Positions 28,626-38,232 of a DNA stretch of 64,000 nt are shown here, one piece after another (the first letter of the stretch is position 1; each line of letters starts with the position of its first letter). Under the pieces are notes generated by a model. That model did no database searches. It worked only from the letters and a program-made list of their open reading frames with translations, and was not told the origin of the DNA. The stretch is from a virus (lineage: Duplodnaviria > Caudoviricetes). The position numbers and the translations under genes are program-made. The stretch is taken from IMG/VR virus record IMGVR_UViG_3300037504_000149; one strand, given 5' to 3'.

Positions 28626-29398
28626 ATGCTGGAAACCAATAAAATATATTTAGGAAATCATTTGGAAATTTTAGCTTCTTGTAATTCAAACTATATAGAT
28701 TTAACCGTCACTAGTCCTCCTTATGACACTTTGAGAGATTATGACGGCTATACTTTTAGTTATGAGTCTTTATTAACTACGTTATACCGTGTAACTAAAG
28801 ATGGTGGTGTAGTTGTTTGGGTTGTGGGAGATCAAACATACAAGTTTTGTGAATCTCTTACTTCTTTTAAACAAGCGTTGTATGCTGTAGACGTTGGCTT
28901 TAAACTACTAGATACTATGGCTTTCGTAAAACAAAACTATGCACCCGCGTACCCTACAATGAGACGCTATGCACAAGTGTTTGAATATATGTTTGTTTTT
29001 GTAAAAGGCTACAAACCTAAAACATTTAATCCTGTTAGAATTCCCGTTGCTGAAAGAACAAAAAAGCGTAAAAAAAATATGGTGGGCTTAAATATAGGAA
29101 AAAAGATGGTTCATATACAAAGCCTAAAAAGATAGAAAATATAAAAGATACAAAAAAGGTTTCTAATGTTTGGAGTCTTTCTACAGGTGTAAATCCAACT
29201 GAGCACCCCGCAGTATTTCCTATAGAATTAGCTCGGCGACACATTGTAACATGGAGTAACGTAGGAGATTTAGTTTTAGATCCTATGTGCGGGAGCGGGA
29301 CAACATGTGTAGTTGCTAAACAAACAGGACGTAATTATATCGGGATTGATTGTTCTGAGAAGTATTGTGACATTTCCCGACAACGTTTAGCGTGTTAG
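28626..29398 (+). pseudogene. N4C/N6A DNA methyltransferase split by a frameshift in an A8 run
   Basis: TSPPY in the first frame; HPAVFP and DPMCGSGTT in the -1 frame after 29070-29077, ending TAG 29398. Confidence 0.85.
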
Positions 29399-29420
29399 CG
29401 TGTAGTTAAAAGGAGTAAAT

Positions 29421-29669
29421 ATGGATATAGAAAGCTTAAGATACGGTTGGGTTGGACTAACAAGAAGTAATAAAAAACGCAGACTTCGTGCTGCCTTTGT
29501 TTGGTATATGCATTGGGTAGAAGCTCGTCCTCCTGCAGGAAAAGTTATTGTAAGTATTGACGAAATCACTGAATTCTTAGGTATCTCCGACAAAACAGCT
29601 AAAAGATGGTTGGAAGATTGGGGATTAGGAGTGCAAACCCTCGATCCTAGTGATAATTTACTTGCGTGA
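29421..29669 (+). CDS. small HTH-like protein
   Basis: SIDEITEFLGISDKTAKRWL. Confidence 0.65.
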   Translation: MDIESLRYGWVGLTRSNKKRRLRAAFVWYMHWVEARPPAGKVIVSIDEITEFLGISDKTAKRWLEDWGLGVQTLDPSDNLLA

Positions 29670-29687
29670 TGCCGGAGCGGAGAATCG

Positions 29688-30212
29688 ATGGTTAAGTTGA
29701 CTAAAAAGGACATGACTACCCACCTCGAATTTCATTATCCGCTAGGTAAGTGGGTACAGGCGAAAGGCGCTGAACTACCTTTACGCTTATACTGTCGAGG
29801 TTGTTTACATTTATACGAAACTCCTGCCGTTGCAGTTTTCATGTCTCCCCACCATGAGATTCCAAATTACACTCGTTGTTTTGAGGCTATAACAGACGGA
29901 AAAACTATTACCGACGGGACAATAATAGGTACGCGAAAAGTGAAATTGATACAAGAGATCGAGCTACCACAACCTACTACACAACAGCGGTTGTATTTCG
30001 CTCGGTTGTGTGGTATTAAGGTTGGGTACACGGACCTCATGCACCTTCACCTAACTTATTTAACTCATGCCGTAGCTCGTCAACTACACAAGGTTGCCGC
30101 ACTCCAAGCCGCGCACACAGCTCATTGTGCAGCTCGTGATGGTGTTAATATCGTTCCGCTTGCTGAGCGGGCAATTCATCAAGATTGTACTGATTCTGAG
30201 GATAAGGCATAA
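29688..30212 (+). CDS. hypothetical phage protein
   Basis: 174-aa ORF, Ala-rich C-terminus. Confidence 0.7.
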   Translation: MVKLTKKDMTTHLEFHYPLGKWVQAKGAELPLRLYCRGCLHLYETPAVAVFMSPHHEIPNYTRCFEAITDGKTITDGTIIGTRKVKLIQEIELPQPTTQQRLYFARLCGIKVGYTDLMHLHLTYLTHAVARQLHKVAALQAAHTAHCAARDGVNIVPLAERAIHQDCTDSEDKA

Positions 30213-30462
30213 ATGCTTGCGTCGAAAATCATTATTGGTACGGTTGTTGGTGGTGGGTTGATTGTTGGACTGGTAGTATTTGTAATATCCTTTATTGCAA
30301 AGATCATTCATTTTGAACGTCTTATTCGTGAAGAACGTACCGATGAGCTTTTTGATGATGAATAGTCGTGATAGATTGTTATATGTTACTTATTCCTTCT
30401 TGCTAAAATAATGAAGATACCAATCTTTAGATGTAGTAATAACTTATGTTTGGAGGAAAAAG

Positions 30463-30681
30463 ATGAAAACCGAAACTTGGGAAAACATTATATTTGCTAT
30501 TCTTACACTATGTGTGATTGCATTAATGTTTTTCATTGCATTTTCGGCAGGTGCTGGTGTAGTTGATATCGAGGATTCTTATGATATTGAAGCATTAAGA
30601 AAGGTTGTAGAGAGAGGTAAGTTAGCAGAAGCACGTTTAGAAGAGATAGCATCTGAAATATATCAGCCTACTAAGGAATAA
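30463..30681 (+). CDS. small membrane protein
   Basis: GGAGG RBS, one TM helix. Confidence 0.7.
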   Translation: MKTETWENIIFAILTLCVIALMFFIAFSAGAGVVDIEDSYDIEALRKVVERGKLAEARLEEIASEIYQPTKE

Positions 30682-30746
30682 AGTAATTATATTATAGCAA
30701 CTTAGTTTGTAAACTGGTATAGTTACAATTTATTAAGGAAAATTAG

Positions 30747-31382
30747 ATGCTTAAGCTTAGTTGTAGATATGCTATATATTTAATAACTAAAGGTTATGAT
30801 AGTAACCGTGATACATACACATCTAACTTTGTAAATTTATTAAAGAAAAGTAGATTGTTCCATCAATGTTATGAAATTTTTAGGTTTCCACGGTTTAATG
30901 GATTAGACTCTATCTCTCGACCTGGAACATATAGTATATTTAAACTTCTAGATGATGAAGAATCTGGAATGTCTAGATCGCACGTCGTAGGAGCATCATC
31001 TATATTTAGTTTAGTCCAAGAAGCTGTACACACACCACTTGATATTAATGTTTCTAATACATTAGATGATATAAAAGATATTATAGGTATTCTAATGTAT
31101 ACCAATTATTACTTTAAAAACGGCAATATATGTTTTCTTGATAAAAACCCACATGTTTTATTTGTATATGATCCACCTGATATTTTAAAGACATCTGATG
31201 ATAAGACAGTTGCAATCGATGGTACAGATAGCATCAATATTTATTTACTAGATAATAGTTCAATACAAGAAATTGATTCAAATACATCAGCTAATACTAT
31301 TTTAGCGAAATTTCCCGGAAAACGGATTGAAGATTATATAACTAAACATGATACTTCCACACAACATTTTACTGTAAAATAA
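30747..31382 (+). CDS. hypothetical protein
   Basis: 211-aa ORF; its stop lies in the transposon target duplication. Confidence 0.7.
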   Translation: MLKLSCRYAIYLITKGYDSNRDTYTSNFVNLLKKSRLFHQCYEIFRFPRFNGLDSISRPGTYSIFKLLDDEESGMSRSHVVGASSIFSLVQEAVHTPLDINVSNTLDDIKDIIGILMYTNYYFKNGNICFLDKNPHVLFVYDPPDILKTSDDKTVAIDGTDSINIYLLDNSSIQEIDSNTSANTILAKFPGKRIEDYITKHDTSTQHFTVK

Positions 31383-31397
31383 TTCGGAATTATCCCC

Positions 31398-31601
31398 TTG
31401 ACAAACTCAACATACTGGTCGCTTCTCAAGCGCGGTGTGTATGGTATCTTCCATCACGTATCGAAACGACATCTGCGTCGTTACTGTGATGAGTTTTCCT
31501 TCCGCTGGAACAATCGTCGGATCGACGACGGATTGAGGCGGGACTTCGCCATGTACTCCAGTGGAAACAAACAACTGACCTATAAGATGTTGGTAAGGTG
31601 A
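31398..31601 (+). pseudogene. IS1595-family transposase C-terminal remnant
   Basis: WSLLKRGVYGIFHHVSKRHLRRYCDEFSFRWNNR...LTYKML. Confidence 0.88.
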
Positions 31602-31605
31602 TATA

Positions 31606-33555
31606 ATGCCTGATAGAGAGCACTTGGAAAGCCCTTATCCTGATATCAACGAAGAGCGCCTTGCCAAGCTCAGGGAGCTTTTTCCTGAAGCGTTTACCGA
31701 GGGTAGACTTGATATTGACAAGCTGCGTGAAACCCTCGGAGAGCAAGTTAACACGGAGCCTGAACGCTATAACTTCACTTGGGCGGGCAAGCGAGACGCC
31801 TTAAATCAAATACGCAAGCCCTCCTGGGGTACGTTGGTTCCCGCTAAAGATGAATCTGTTGATTTCGACCATACCAAGCATATCTTCATCGAGGGTGAAA
31901 ATCTTGAAGTATTGAAGCTTTTGTACAAGTCATACTATGGTAGAGTGAAGATGATATACATAGACCCTCCCTATAATAAGGGAAAAGACCGTGTATATAG
32001 TGATAAGTGGGATGATCCCAAGGAATATTATCTTCAAGTTACGAGACAAAAAGACAGCGAAGGTAACCTGTTAACAACGAATACTGGTGCCGATGGTAGA
32101 TTGCATTCTAATTGGCTTAGTATGATGTATCCTCGTTTGTTTTTATCCAGACAACTATTAACAGACGATGGCATTTTAATTATATCCATTGATGAAGATG
32201 AACTTGTTAATGTTCAAAAACTATGTTGTGAAATATTTGGTGAAGAAAATGTGTTAGGTAACTTTCCTGTTATTATGAACTTAAAAGGAAATCAAGATGC
32301 TTTTGGTTTCGCAGAAACACATGAATATATTGTCATATGTGCAAAAAATAAACCTACTTGTACAATAAATAAATTTGATGTAAATGAAGAAGAGGTATTT
32401 AATAAATGGAAAGAAGATGAATATGGCTTGTATAAAGAGGCAGATAATCTAAGAGCAACAGGTATAAATGCACCCAGGTCTAAGAGACCTAATTTATATT
32501 ATCCTATCTTTCTTAATATAGGTACAAAAGAGTATTACGTTACACTAGATGATACTCCATTGAACGATAGTGACATTGCTATCTACCCAATAAATAAAAA
32601 CGGTGTTAAATTGTCATGGTATTGGAGTAAAGAGACATTTATAGCAAATAAGCATAATTTAATATTAAAGAAGACAACTAATGGTTGGCAATTTTATAGA
32701 AAACAACGTCCAGATATTGGAAATATACCGACAAAAAAGCCTAAGTCATTCTTTTATAAACCTGAATATAGTACAAGCACCGCGACAACAGATTTATTGA
32801 AACTAATGGGTAAAAAGGTGTTTAGTAATCCTAAACCTATTAAATTTATAGTTGATTTGATACGGCTTTGTTCCGATGACAATTCTTTAGTTCTTGATTA
32901 TTTTGCTGGTTCATCAACAACTGGTCATGCTATTTTCTATAATGCTTTATTAAATAGAGATAACCGGCATTTTATCTTGGTACAAATACCTGAAATATTA
33001 GATATTAATAATAATGACCAAAAAATAGCGGCACAGTATTGTATGGATATTGATAAGCCATGTAACATCGCGGAACTATCTAAAGAACGATTGAGGAAAG
33101 CTATTCAAGATTTTGCAGAAGAACCAATGTTATCAAACAGTCTTGGTTTCCGCGTTTTCAAACTCCAGCCCTCACATATCCGCAAGTGGCAACCTCTGCC
33201 TCCCGATACAACTCAAGAGGAATACCTAGCCCAGCTTGAACAAACGGGTGAACCGTTGTTAGACGGCTGGAACGTCGAGGAAGTGATCTATGAAATCATC
33301 CTCGCCGAAGGCTTATCACTAACCTCAAGGATCGAGCAAGTCCCCTGTGAAATGCAAAGAGTCTATAAGGTTGTTGATGATGAAAAACAGCAACACATTT
33401 ACATATGCCTTAACGATAGCATAGATTATGAGTATATTAAGTCGTTGAACTTGTCTGAAGATGATCGGTTTATTTGCCGCGATTCCGCCCTCGATGATAC
33501 AACAGTTGCTAACCTGGCGCTCATGTGCAGGGTTAAAACCATTAGCGAGTTATAG
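31606..33555 (+). CDS. mod: Type III R-M methyltransferase (Mod)
   Basis: ERYNFTWAGK, IYIDPPYN, HSNWLSMMYPRL, LDYFAGSSTT. Confidence 0.95.
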   Translation: MPDREHLESPYPDINEERLAKLRELFPEAFTEGRLDIDKLRETLGEQVNTEPERYNFTWAGKRDALNQIRKPSWGTLVPAKDESVDFDHTKHIFIEGENLEVLKLLYKSYYGRVKMIYIDPPYNKGKDRVYSDKWDDPKEYYLQVTRQKDSEGNLLTTNTGADGRLHSNWLSMMYPRLFLSRQLLTDDGILIISIDEDELVNVQKLCCEIFGEENVLGNFPVIMNLKGNQDAFGFAETHEYIVICAKNKPTCTINKFDVNEEEVFNKWKEDEYGLYKEADNLRATGINAPRSKRPNLYYPIFLNIGTKEYYVTLDDTPLNDSDIAIYPINKNGVKLSWYWSKETFIANKHNLILKKTTNGWQFYRKQRPDIGNIPTKKPKSFFYKPEYSTSTATTDLLKLMGKKVFSNPKPIKFIVDLIRLCSDDNSLVLDYFAGSSTTGHAIFYNALLNRDNRHFILVQIPEILDINNNDQKIAAQYCMDIDKPCNIAELSKERLRKAIQDFAEEPMLSNSLGFRVFKLQPSHIRKWQPLPPDTTQEEYLAQLEQTGEPLLDGWNVEEVIYEIILAEGLSLTSRIEQVPCEMQRVYKVVDDEKQQHIYICLNDSIDYEYIKSLNLSEDDRFICRDSALDDTTVANLALMCRVKTISEL

Positions 33556-33557
33556 CG

Positions 33558-36158
33558 ATGAAGTTCAAGTTTGACGCCAATATGGACTATCAGGTACAGG
33601 CAGTGCGGTCTGTAGTTGATCTTTTCAACGGTCAAGGCATGAATCGCGGTGACTTGATCTCGACAGACACTGCTCTGTTTACTGTACAAAACAGTCTAAG
33701 CCTTCCCGACGCGCACATTCTTGAAAACCTAGGAACAATCCAACAGGACAATAAACTAATCCAAGATGATGAGTTACTAAAAGAACCATTCGGTTTCCCT
33801 AACTTCACCGTCGAGATGGAAACAGGCACCGGTAAAACCTATGTATATATCCGCACGGCTTTAGAGCTTTATAGAACATATGGTTGGCGTAAGTTTATTA
33901 TCATCGTACCTAGTATAGCCATCAAGGAAGGGGTAACAAAAACGTTTGAGGTAACGAGAGAACACTTCGCCAATCTATTTGGTAACATTCCATACAAGTG
34001 GTATGCATACGATTCAAAGCGTCTTAGCGATGTGCGTAACTTTGCTTACAGTAATAGTGTCGAGTTCATGATTGTTACAATGCAGTCATTTAATGTTAGA
34101 GAAAAGGATAAGCGGATTATATATAACTACAGAGATGGGTTCCCGGAGAAACCAATTGATTTAATCCGTTCAACAAGGCCCATCTTGATTATGGATGAAC
34201 CTCAAAAGATGGGGGGTCAGATAACGACGGATAAGATAGCTGAATTCAATCCCTTGTTCGCACTTCGCTACTCTGCCACCCACAAGGATTATTATAACCT
34301 TGTCTATCGTTTATCTCCTTATGAAGCGTATCGTAAGGGTTTGGTTAAGAAGATCGAGGTCGCAGCGATAACAACTCATAGGGCTACCGGTAGTCCACTT
34401 ATCGTTGTAGAAAAACTAGCATCTCGTAAAACCTCGATTAAGGCGACCCTACGAGTTAATAAACTGTTAAAAAAAGACGATATTCAAGAAAAAGAGATAA
34501 CTGTTGAACTAGGTGATGACTTAGAAACTATTACTAATCTTGGTCAGTATGAAGGTTATGTCGTGGACGAGATCAACATAAGAGAAGGGTTTATATCATT
34601 TCATAATGGTGTAAGAATAATGAAAGGCGAGGGGATAGGCGACAATAAAGAAGAGATATTTCGTATGCAGATACGAGAGACTATAAAGGAGCACTTTTCC
34701 AAACAATATAAATTAATAGATACGGGTATAAAAGTTATGAGTCTGTTCTTTATTGATAAAGTGGCAAACTTTATAGATGATGAAGGCATTATAAGACGAG
34801 CATTCATTGAAGCATTTAATGAGCTAAAGAAGGGTGAATGGACTAAATATGAACCAGAAGATGTTTGGGGTTATTATTTCTCAGAGCAATCCAAGGGTAA
34901 ATATAAGGATACCGGAGGCAGTACACAAAAGGATGAAGACACGTACAACTTAATCATGCGGGATAAGGAAAGGCTGCTGTCCTTCAATGAACCGCGCTGT
35001 TTCATCTTTTCACATTCAGCCCTTCGAGAAGGCTGGGACAATCCAAATGTTTTCCAGATATGCACATTGAATACAACAAAATCTGATATGAAGAAGAGAC
35101 AAGAGATCGGGCGGGGAGTAAGACTCGCTGTAGATCAGGCTGGTAATAGGCTATTTGATGGAGAAGTAAACAAACTCACTGTTTTTGCCAATGAGAGTTA
35201 TGAATCGTATATTGAGACTTTACAGAATGAGATTGAAGAAGAAGGTGGGGATACATCCCATGTTAAGGAAATGGTTAAGGATCATCGAGAGAGAGTTGTA
35301 CTGAAACGCAAGAAGCTTACTCCTGAATTTGAAGCCCTATGGAATCGAATTAAGCAGAGAACTCGATACTCAGTGTACATTGATACTACCCGGTTAATAA
35401 CTAATGTCGTACAGGATTTATTAGAAGAAGGTGTATCCACTCCAAGTATTGTTATGCGTAGGGCAACTGTAGAATTGGAGGATGATTCTTCCGGTCTCTT
35501 CGGAGCTCCTTCAGTTGCAAAACACCTTGGATCACTGGAGCGAAAAGAGCCTTATTCTGATGTGATAGCTGATTTGTTGCACCATCTTCAATATAATAAA
35601 CCTCCATTGCACATAAGTCGCAATACACTATTAAACATCATACAAGAAGTATCAGGTAATCTAAATATACTAGATAATCCATCACAGTTTGTGTTATCCA
35701 CTTCTCGATTCATTAAGAATAGGGTTGCAGAGGAACTTATCAATGGTATAAAATATGAAAAAATGGAAGCATATTATGAGATGGCCCAAGTATTTGAAGA
35801 AGAGGTTGAAACATGGGGTGACCTTGTTTTAAGGGCAGAGAAATCTATATACGATCAAGTATATATTGAAAGTAATATTGAGGAGACATTTGCAAGAAAG
35901 CTGGATAGCTTTCCGCGTATAAAGTTGTTTGTTAAGTTGCCCCGGAAGTTCAAAGTTGGAACACCTGTCGGGGACTATAATCCTGATTGGGCAATTATAG
36001 TTGATGATGAAGATCAACCCGAGACTGAATGTAATCGGTTATATCTTATTGCAGAAACAAAAGGTACAAATAGGATTGAGGAACTACGAACAGACGAACA
36101 ACATAAAATCAAATGCGGACAGAAGCATTTTGAAGAGTTTGAGGATGTTACGTTTTAG
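33558..36158 (+). CDS. res: Type III restriction endonuclease/helicase (Res), C-terminus probably frameshifted
   Basis: METGTGKT, DEPQ, LRYSATH, EGWDNPNVFQIC, QEIGRGVR, YNPDWA...ETKG. Confidence 0.93.
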   Translation: MKFKFDANMDYQVQAVRSVVDLFNGQGMNRGDLISTDTALFTVQNSLSLPDAHILENLGTIQQDNKLIQDDELLKEPFGFPNFTVEMETGTGKTYVYIRTALELYRTYGWRKFIIIVPSIAIKEGVTKTFEVTREHFANLFGNIPYKWYAYDSKRLSDVRNFAYSNSVEFMIVTMQSFNVREKDKRIIYNYRDGFPEKPIDLIRSTRPILIMDEPQKMGGQITTDKIAEFNPLFALRYSATHKDYYNLVYRLSPYEAYRKGLVKKIEVAAITTHRATGSPLIVVEKLASRKTSIKATLRVNKLLKKDDIQEKEITVELGDDLETITNLGQYEGYVVDEINIREGFISFHNGVRIMKGEGIGDNKEEIFRMQIRETIKEHFSKQYKLIDTGIKVMSLFFIDKVANFIDDEGIIRRAFIEAFNELKKGEWTKYEPEDVWGYYFSEQSKGKYKDTGGSTQKDEDTYNLIMRDKERLLSFNEPRCFIFSHSALREGWDNPNVFQICTLNTTKSDMKKRQEIGRGVRLAVDQAGNRLFDGEVNKLTVFANESYESYIETLQNEIEEEGGDTSHVKEMVKDHRERVVLKRKKLTPEFEALWNRIKQRTRYSVYIDTTRLITNVVQDLLEEGVSTPSIVMRRATVELEDDSSGLFGAPSVAKHLGSLERKEPYSDVIADLLHHLQYNKPPLHISRNTLLNIIQEVSGNLNILDNPSQFVLSTSRFIKNRVAEELINGIKYEKMEAYYEMAQVFEEEVETWGDLVLRAEKSIYDQVYIESNIEETFARKLDSFPRIKLFVKLPRKFKVGTPVGDYNPDWAIIVDDEDQPETECNRLYLIAETKGTNRIEELRTDEQHKIKCGQKHFEEFEDVTF

Positions 36159-36195
36159 TTCCTGTAAAAGACGCAGAGGAGATATTCGAGGGAAA

Positions 36196-36312
36196 ATGAC
36201 ACCTAATCCCAAAGACAAACCAGAAGAAAAGGAACGGCTTAAACCACTCTCCATGCACCCTCTAAAGCCGGAGGAAGTGTTAGCGGCTTTTATGAAAGTA
36301 GAGGGGGAGTAA
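36196..36312 (+). CDS. 38-aa peptide at element right end
   Basis: MTPNPKDKPEEKERLKPLSMHPLKPEEVLAAFMKVEGE after GAGGG. Confidence 0.5.
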   Translation: MTPNPKDKPEEKERLKPLSMHPLKPEEVLAAFMKVEGE

Positions 36313-36451
36313 GCACTGGGTTTGTTAAGGGGATAGCTCCGAAATAATTTTGTCTTGGCTGGTTTTTTTCTAAAAGTTATGTTATACTGGTAGCACCAGT
36401 TGGCGAAGAATTTCTTCCCGTTCTGCGGGAACGACGAACTAAGGAGTAACT

Positions 36452-38170
36452 ATGTCTAGATTTAACAAAACAAAGAAGGATGTAGCCAAGACTAGAAACC
36501 ATGAAGGCGCAGTAGCTTATAACTTTCTTGATCCTAAGCTAAAGTTTATAAATACTGCTGCTGGTATGGGTTTCCTTTCTAGGGGTTTTTACCAAAGCGA
36601 GAAAGAACAATTAGATACATTGCTAGAGATGGTACGCGAAAACCCTGAGTTTGCCGCTACTGTTGCAGCGCATCTTCGTAACGATCACAATTACCGTACT
36701 GTACCTTTAATCATTTTAGCTGCGTTAACAAAAACACACAACGTAAGGAAGTTAGTGCCTTATGTTGTTAAACGCGCAGACGAGATGGCTGAAGTGTTAG
36801 CAATCTACAAGTATCTTTGGGGTAACGATACTTTGGCTAACTATACTAGTAAAGGATTATTAAAGGGCATCAAAGATGTAACTCACAACTTTGATCGTTA
36901 CCAATACGCTAAGTATAACAGAACTAAGGCTGAAGTTACATTACGCGATGTGTTGCGTTTAGTACATCCTCGTCCTAAAGATGAGGAACATGACGCAATC
37001 TTTGAAGAGATCATTAACGGAACACTTGCTGCTCCGCCTACGTGGGAAGTTATCCTTTCTGCGGCAGGTGAGAAGAGTAAAGAAGCTAAGTTAAAGGCTT
37101 TGACTCCACTAGTGGAGAGTATAAGCTCTCGTGGTAAATTACCTAGTGAGTGGCAAAACTTGCCAGCAACACTAACAGATGAGCCTATGACTAAGAGGGA
37201 TGCTTGGAACCTTATCTTATCATTAGGTAAGCGTTTCCCTTATATGGCTGCTCTACGTAACTTGCGTAACATCGTAGATGCGGGTGTTTCTGAAAACAGG
37301 ATCAAGGCATTAGCAGATAGACTAGCTGATCCTTGTCAAGTATCTCGCAGTAAGCAGCTACCTTTCCGGTATCTATCAGCAGCTAAAGCGCTGGTAGGTT
37401 ATGGTGGTTTTGATGGTGATACAGGCGCTTTTGATAGAATTAGCACAGATAGAGTGTCTGAAAGCACTATCAACTACGTCATTGCTAAGTTAGAGGATGC
37501 TGTACGGTTATCTGCGGATAACTTGCCTAAGTACGAGGGTTCTACTGTTATCGGTTGTGATGTTAGTGGTTCTATGGATACTCCTATCTCCCACCATAGC
37601 TCTATTAGGTTGTATGAGATAGGACTACTATTTGGTATACTTACATCTATCAGTAATCCCAACAATGCTGTTGGTGCTTTCGCTGAGTTAGCTGAGTTCT
37701 ACACGGCTGAAAACTTGAAGATGTTTGAAAACCATCCATTAAGAGCTGCTGCTAAAGCATATGATCAGATGGGGCATTTAGGTTACATGACTAATGGGCA
37801 TCTAGTGATTCACGCTTTACTAGATCTATACGAAAAGAAGCGTATAGGTACTGTAGATAGAGTGATTTTATTTACTGATATGCAGCTTTGGAATACGTCT
37901 AGGAGGTTCTCCTATGAAGATACCAAAGGACCACTACAGAAAGCATGGAATGCTTACAAAAAAGTGGCTCCTGACGCTAAGCTATACATCATCAACCTTG
38001 AAGGGTACACTACTTGTCCTGTCAATCCTGGGCGTGATGATGTAGTAAACTTCGCAGGATGGAGTGAAAACATACTCCGTTATATTGCCCAGTATGAAAA
38101 TTCTCGTGATGTCATCGACGAGATTTCTGCGAAGTATCCCTCTGAGAAATTAGTTTCTCGTTTAACTTGA
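36452..38170 (+). CDS. rsr: Ro60-related TROVE + vWA RNA-binding protein
   Basis: TRNHEG..AY, KRADEMAE, FDRYQYAKY, RDVLRLVHPRP, TWEV.LS, YMAALRNLRN, SKQLPFRY; vWA MIDAS DVSGSM, T, TDMQ. Confidence 0.95.
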   Translation: MSRFNKTKKDVAKTRNHEGAVAYNFLDPKLKFINTAAGMGFLSRGFYQSEKEQLDTLLEMVRENPEFAATVAAHLRNDHNYRTVPLIILAALTKTHNVRKLVPYVVKRADEMAEVLAIYKYLWGNDTLANYTSKGLLKGIKDVTHNFDRYQYAKYNRTKAEVTLRDVLRLVHPRPKDEEHDAIFEEIINGTLAAPPTWEVILSAAGEKSKEAKLKALTPLVESISSRGKLPSEWQNLPATLTDEPMTKRDAWNLILSLGKRFPYMAALRNLRNIVDAGVSENRIKALADRLADPCQVSRSKQLPFRYLSAAKALVGYGGFDGDTGAFDRISTDRVSESTINYVIAKLEDAVRLSADNLPKYEGSTVIGCDVSGSMDTPISHHSSIRLYEIGLLFGILTSISNPNNAVGAFAELAEFYTAENLKMFENHPLRAAAKAYDQMGHLGYMTNGHLVIHALLDLYEKKRIGTVDRVILFTDMQLWNTSRRFSYEDTKGPLQKAWNAYKKVAPDAKLYIINLEGYTTCPVNPGRDDVVNFAGWSENILRYIAQYENSRDVIDEISAKYPSEKLVSRLT

Positions 38171-38195
38171 AATTTCCGCTGAAGTGTGCTATACT
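38167..38195 (+). promoter_or_regulatory. sigma70-type promoter for pspA and the RNA cluster
   Basis: TTGAAA-17-TATACT with TG. Confidence 0.75.
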
Positions 38196-38232
38196 TATAG
38201 TACGCTAAACGCTAACACAAAGGAGTAAATGT

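Larger units (their letters stand above)
31385..36341 (+). mobile_element. non-autonomous IS1595-family element carrying Type III R-M
   Basis: 25-bp imperfect TIRs (31385-31409 / 36317-36341), 8-bp TSD AAATAATT (31377-31384, 36342-36349), transposase remnant. Confidence 0.9.
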
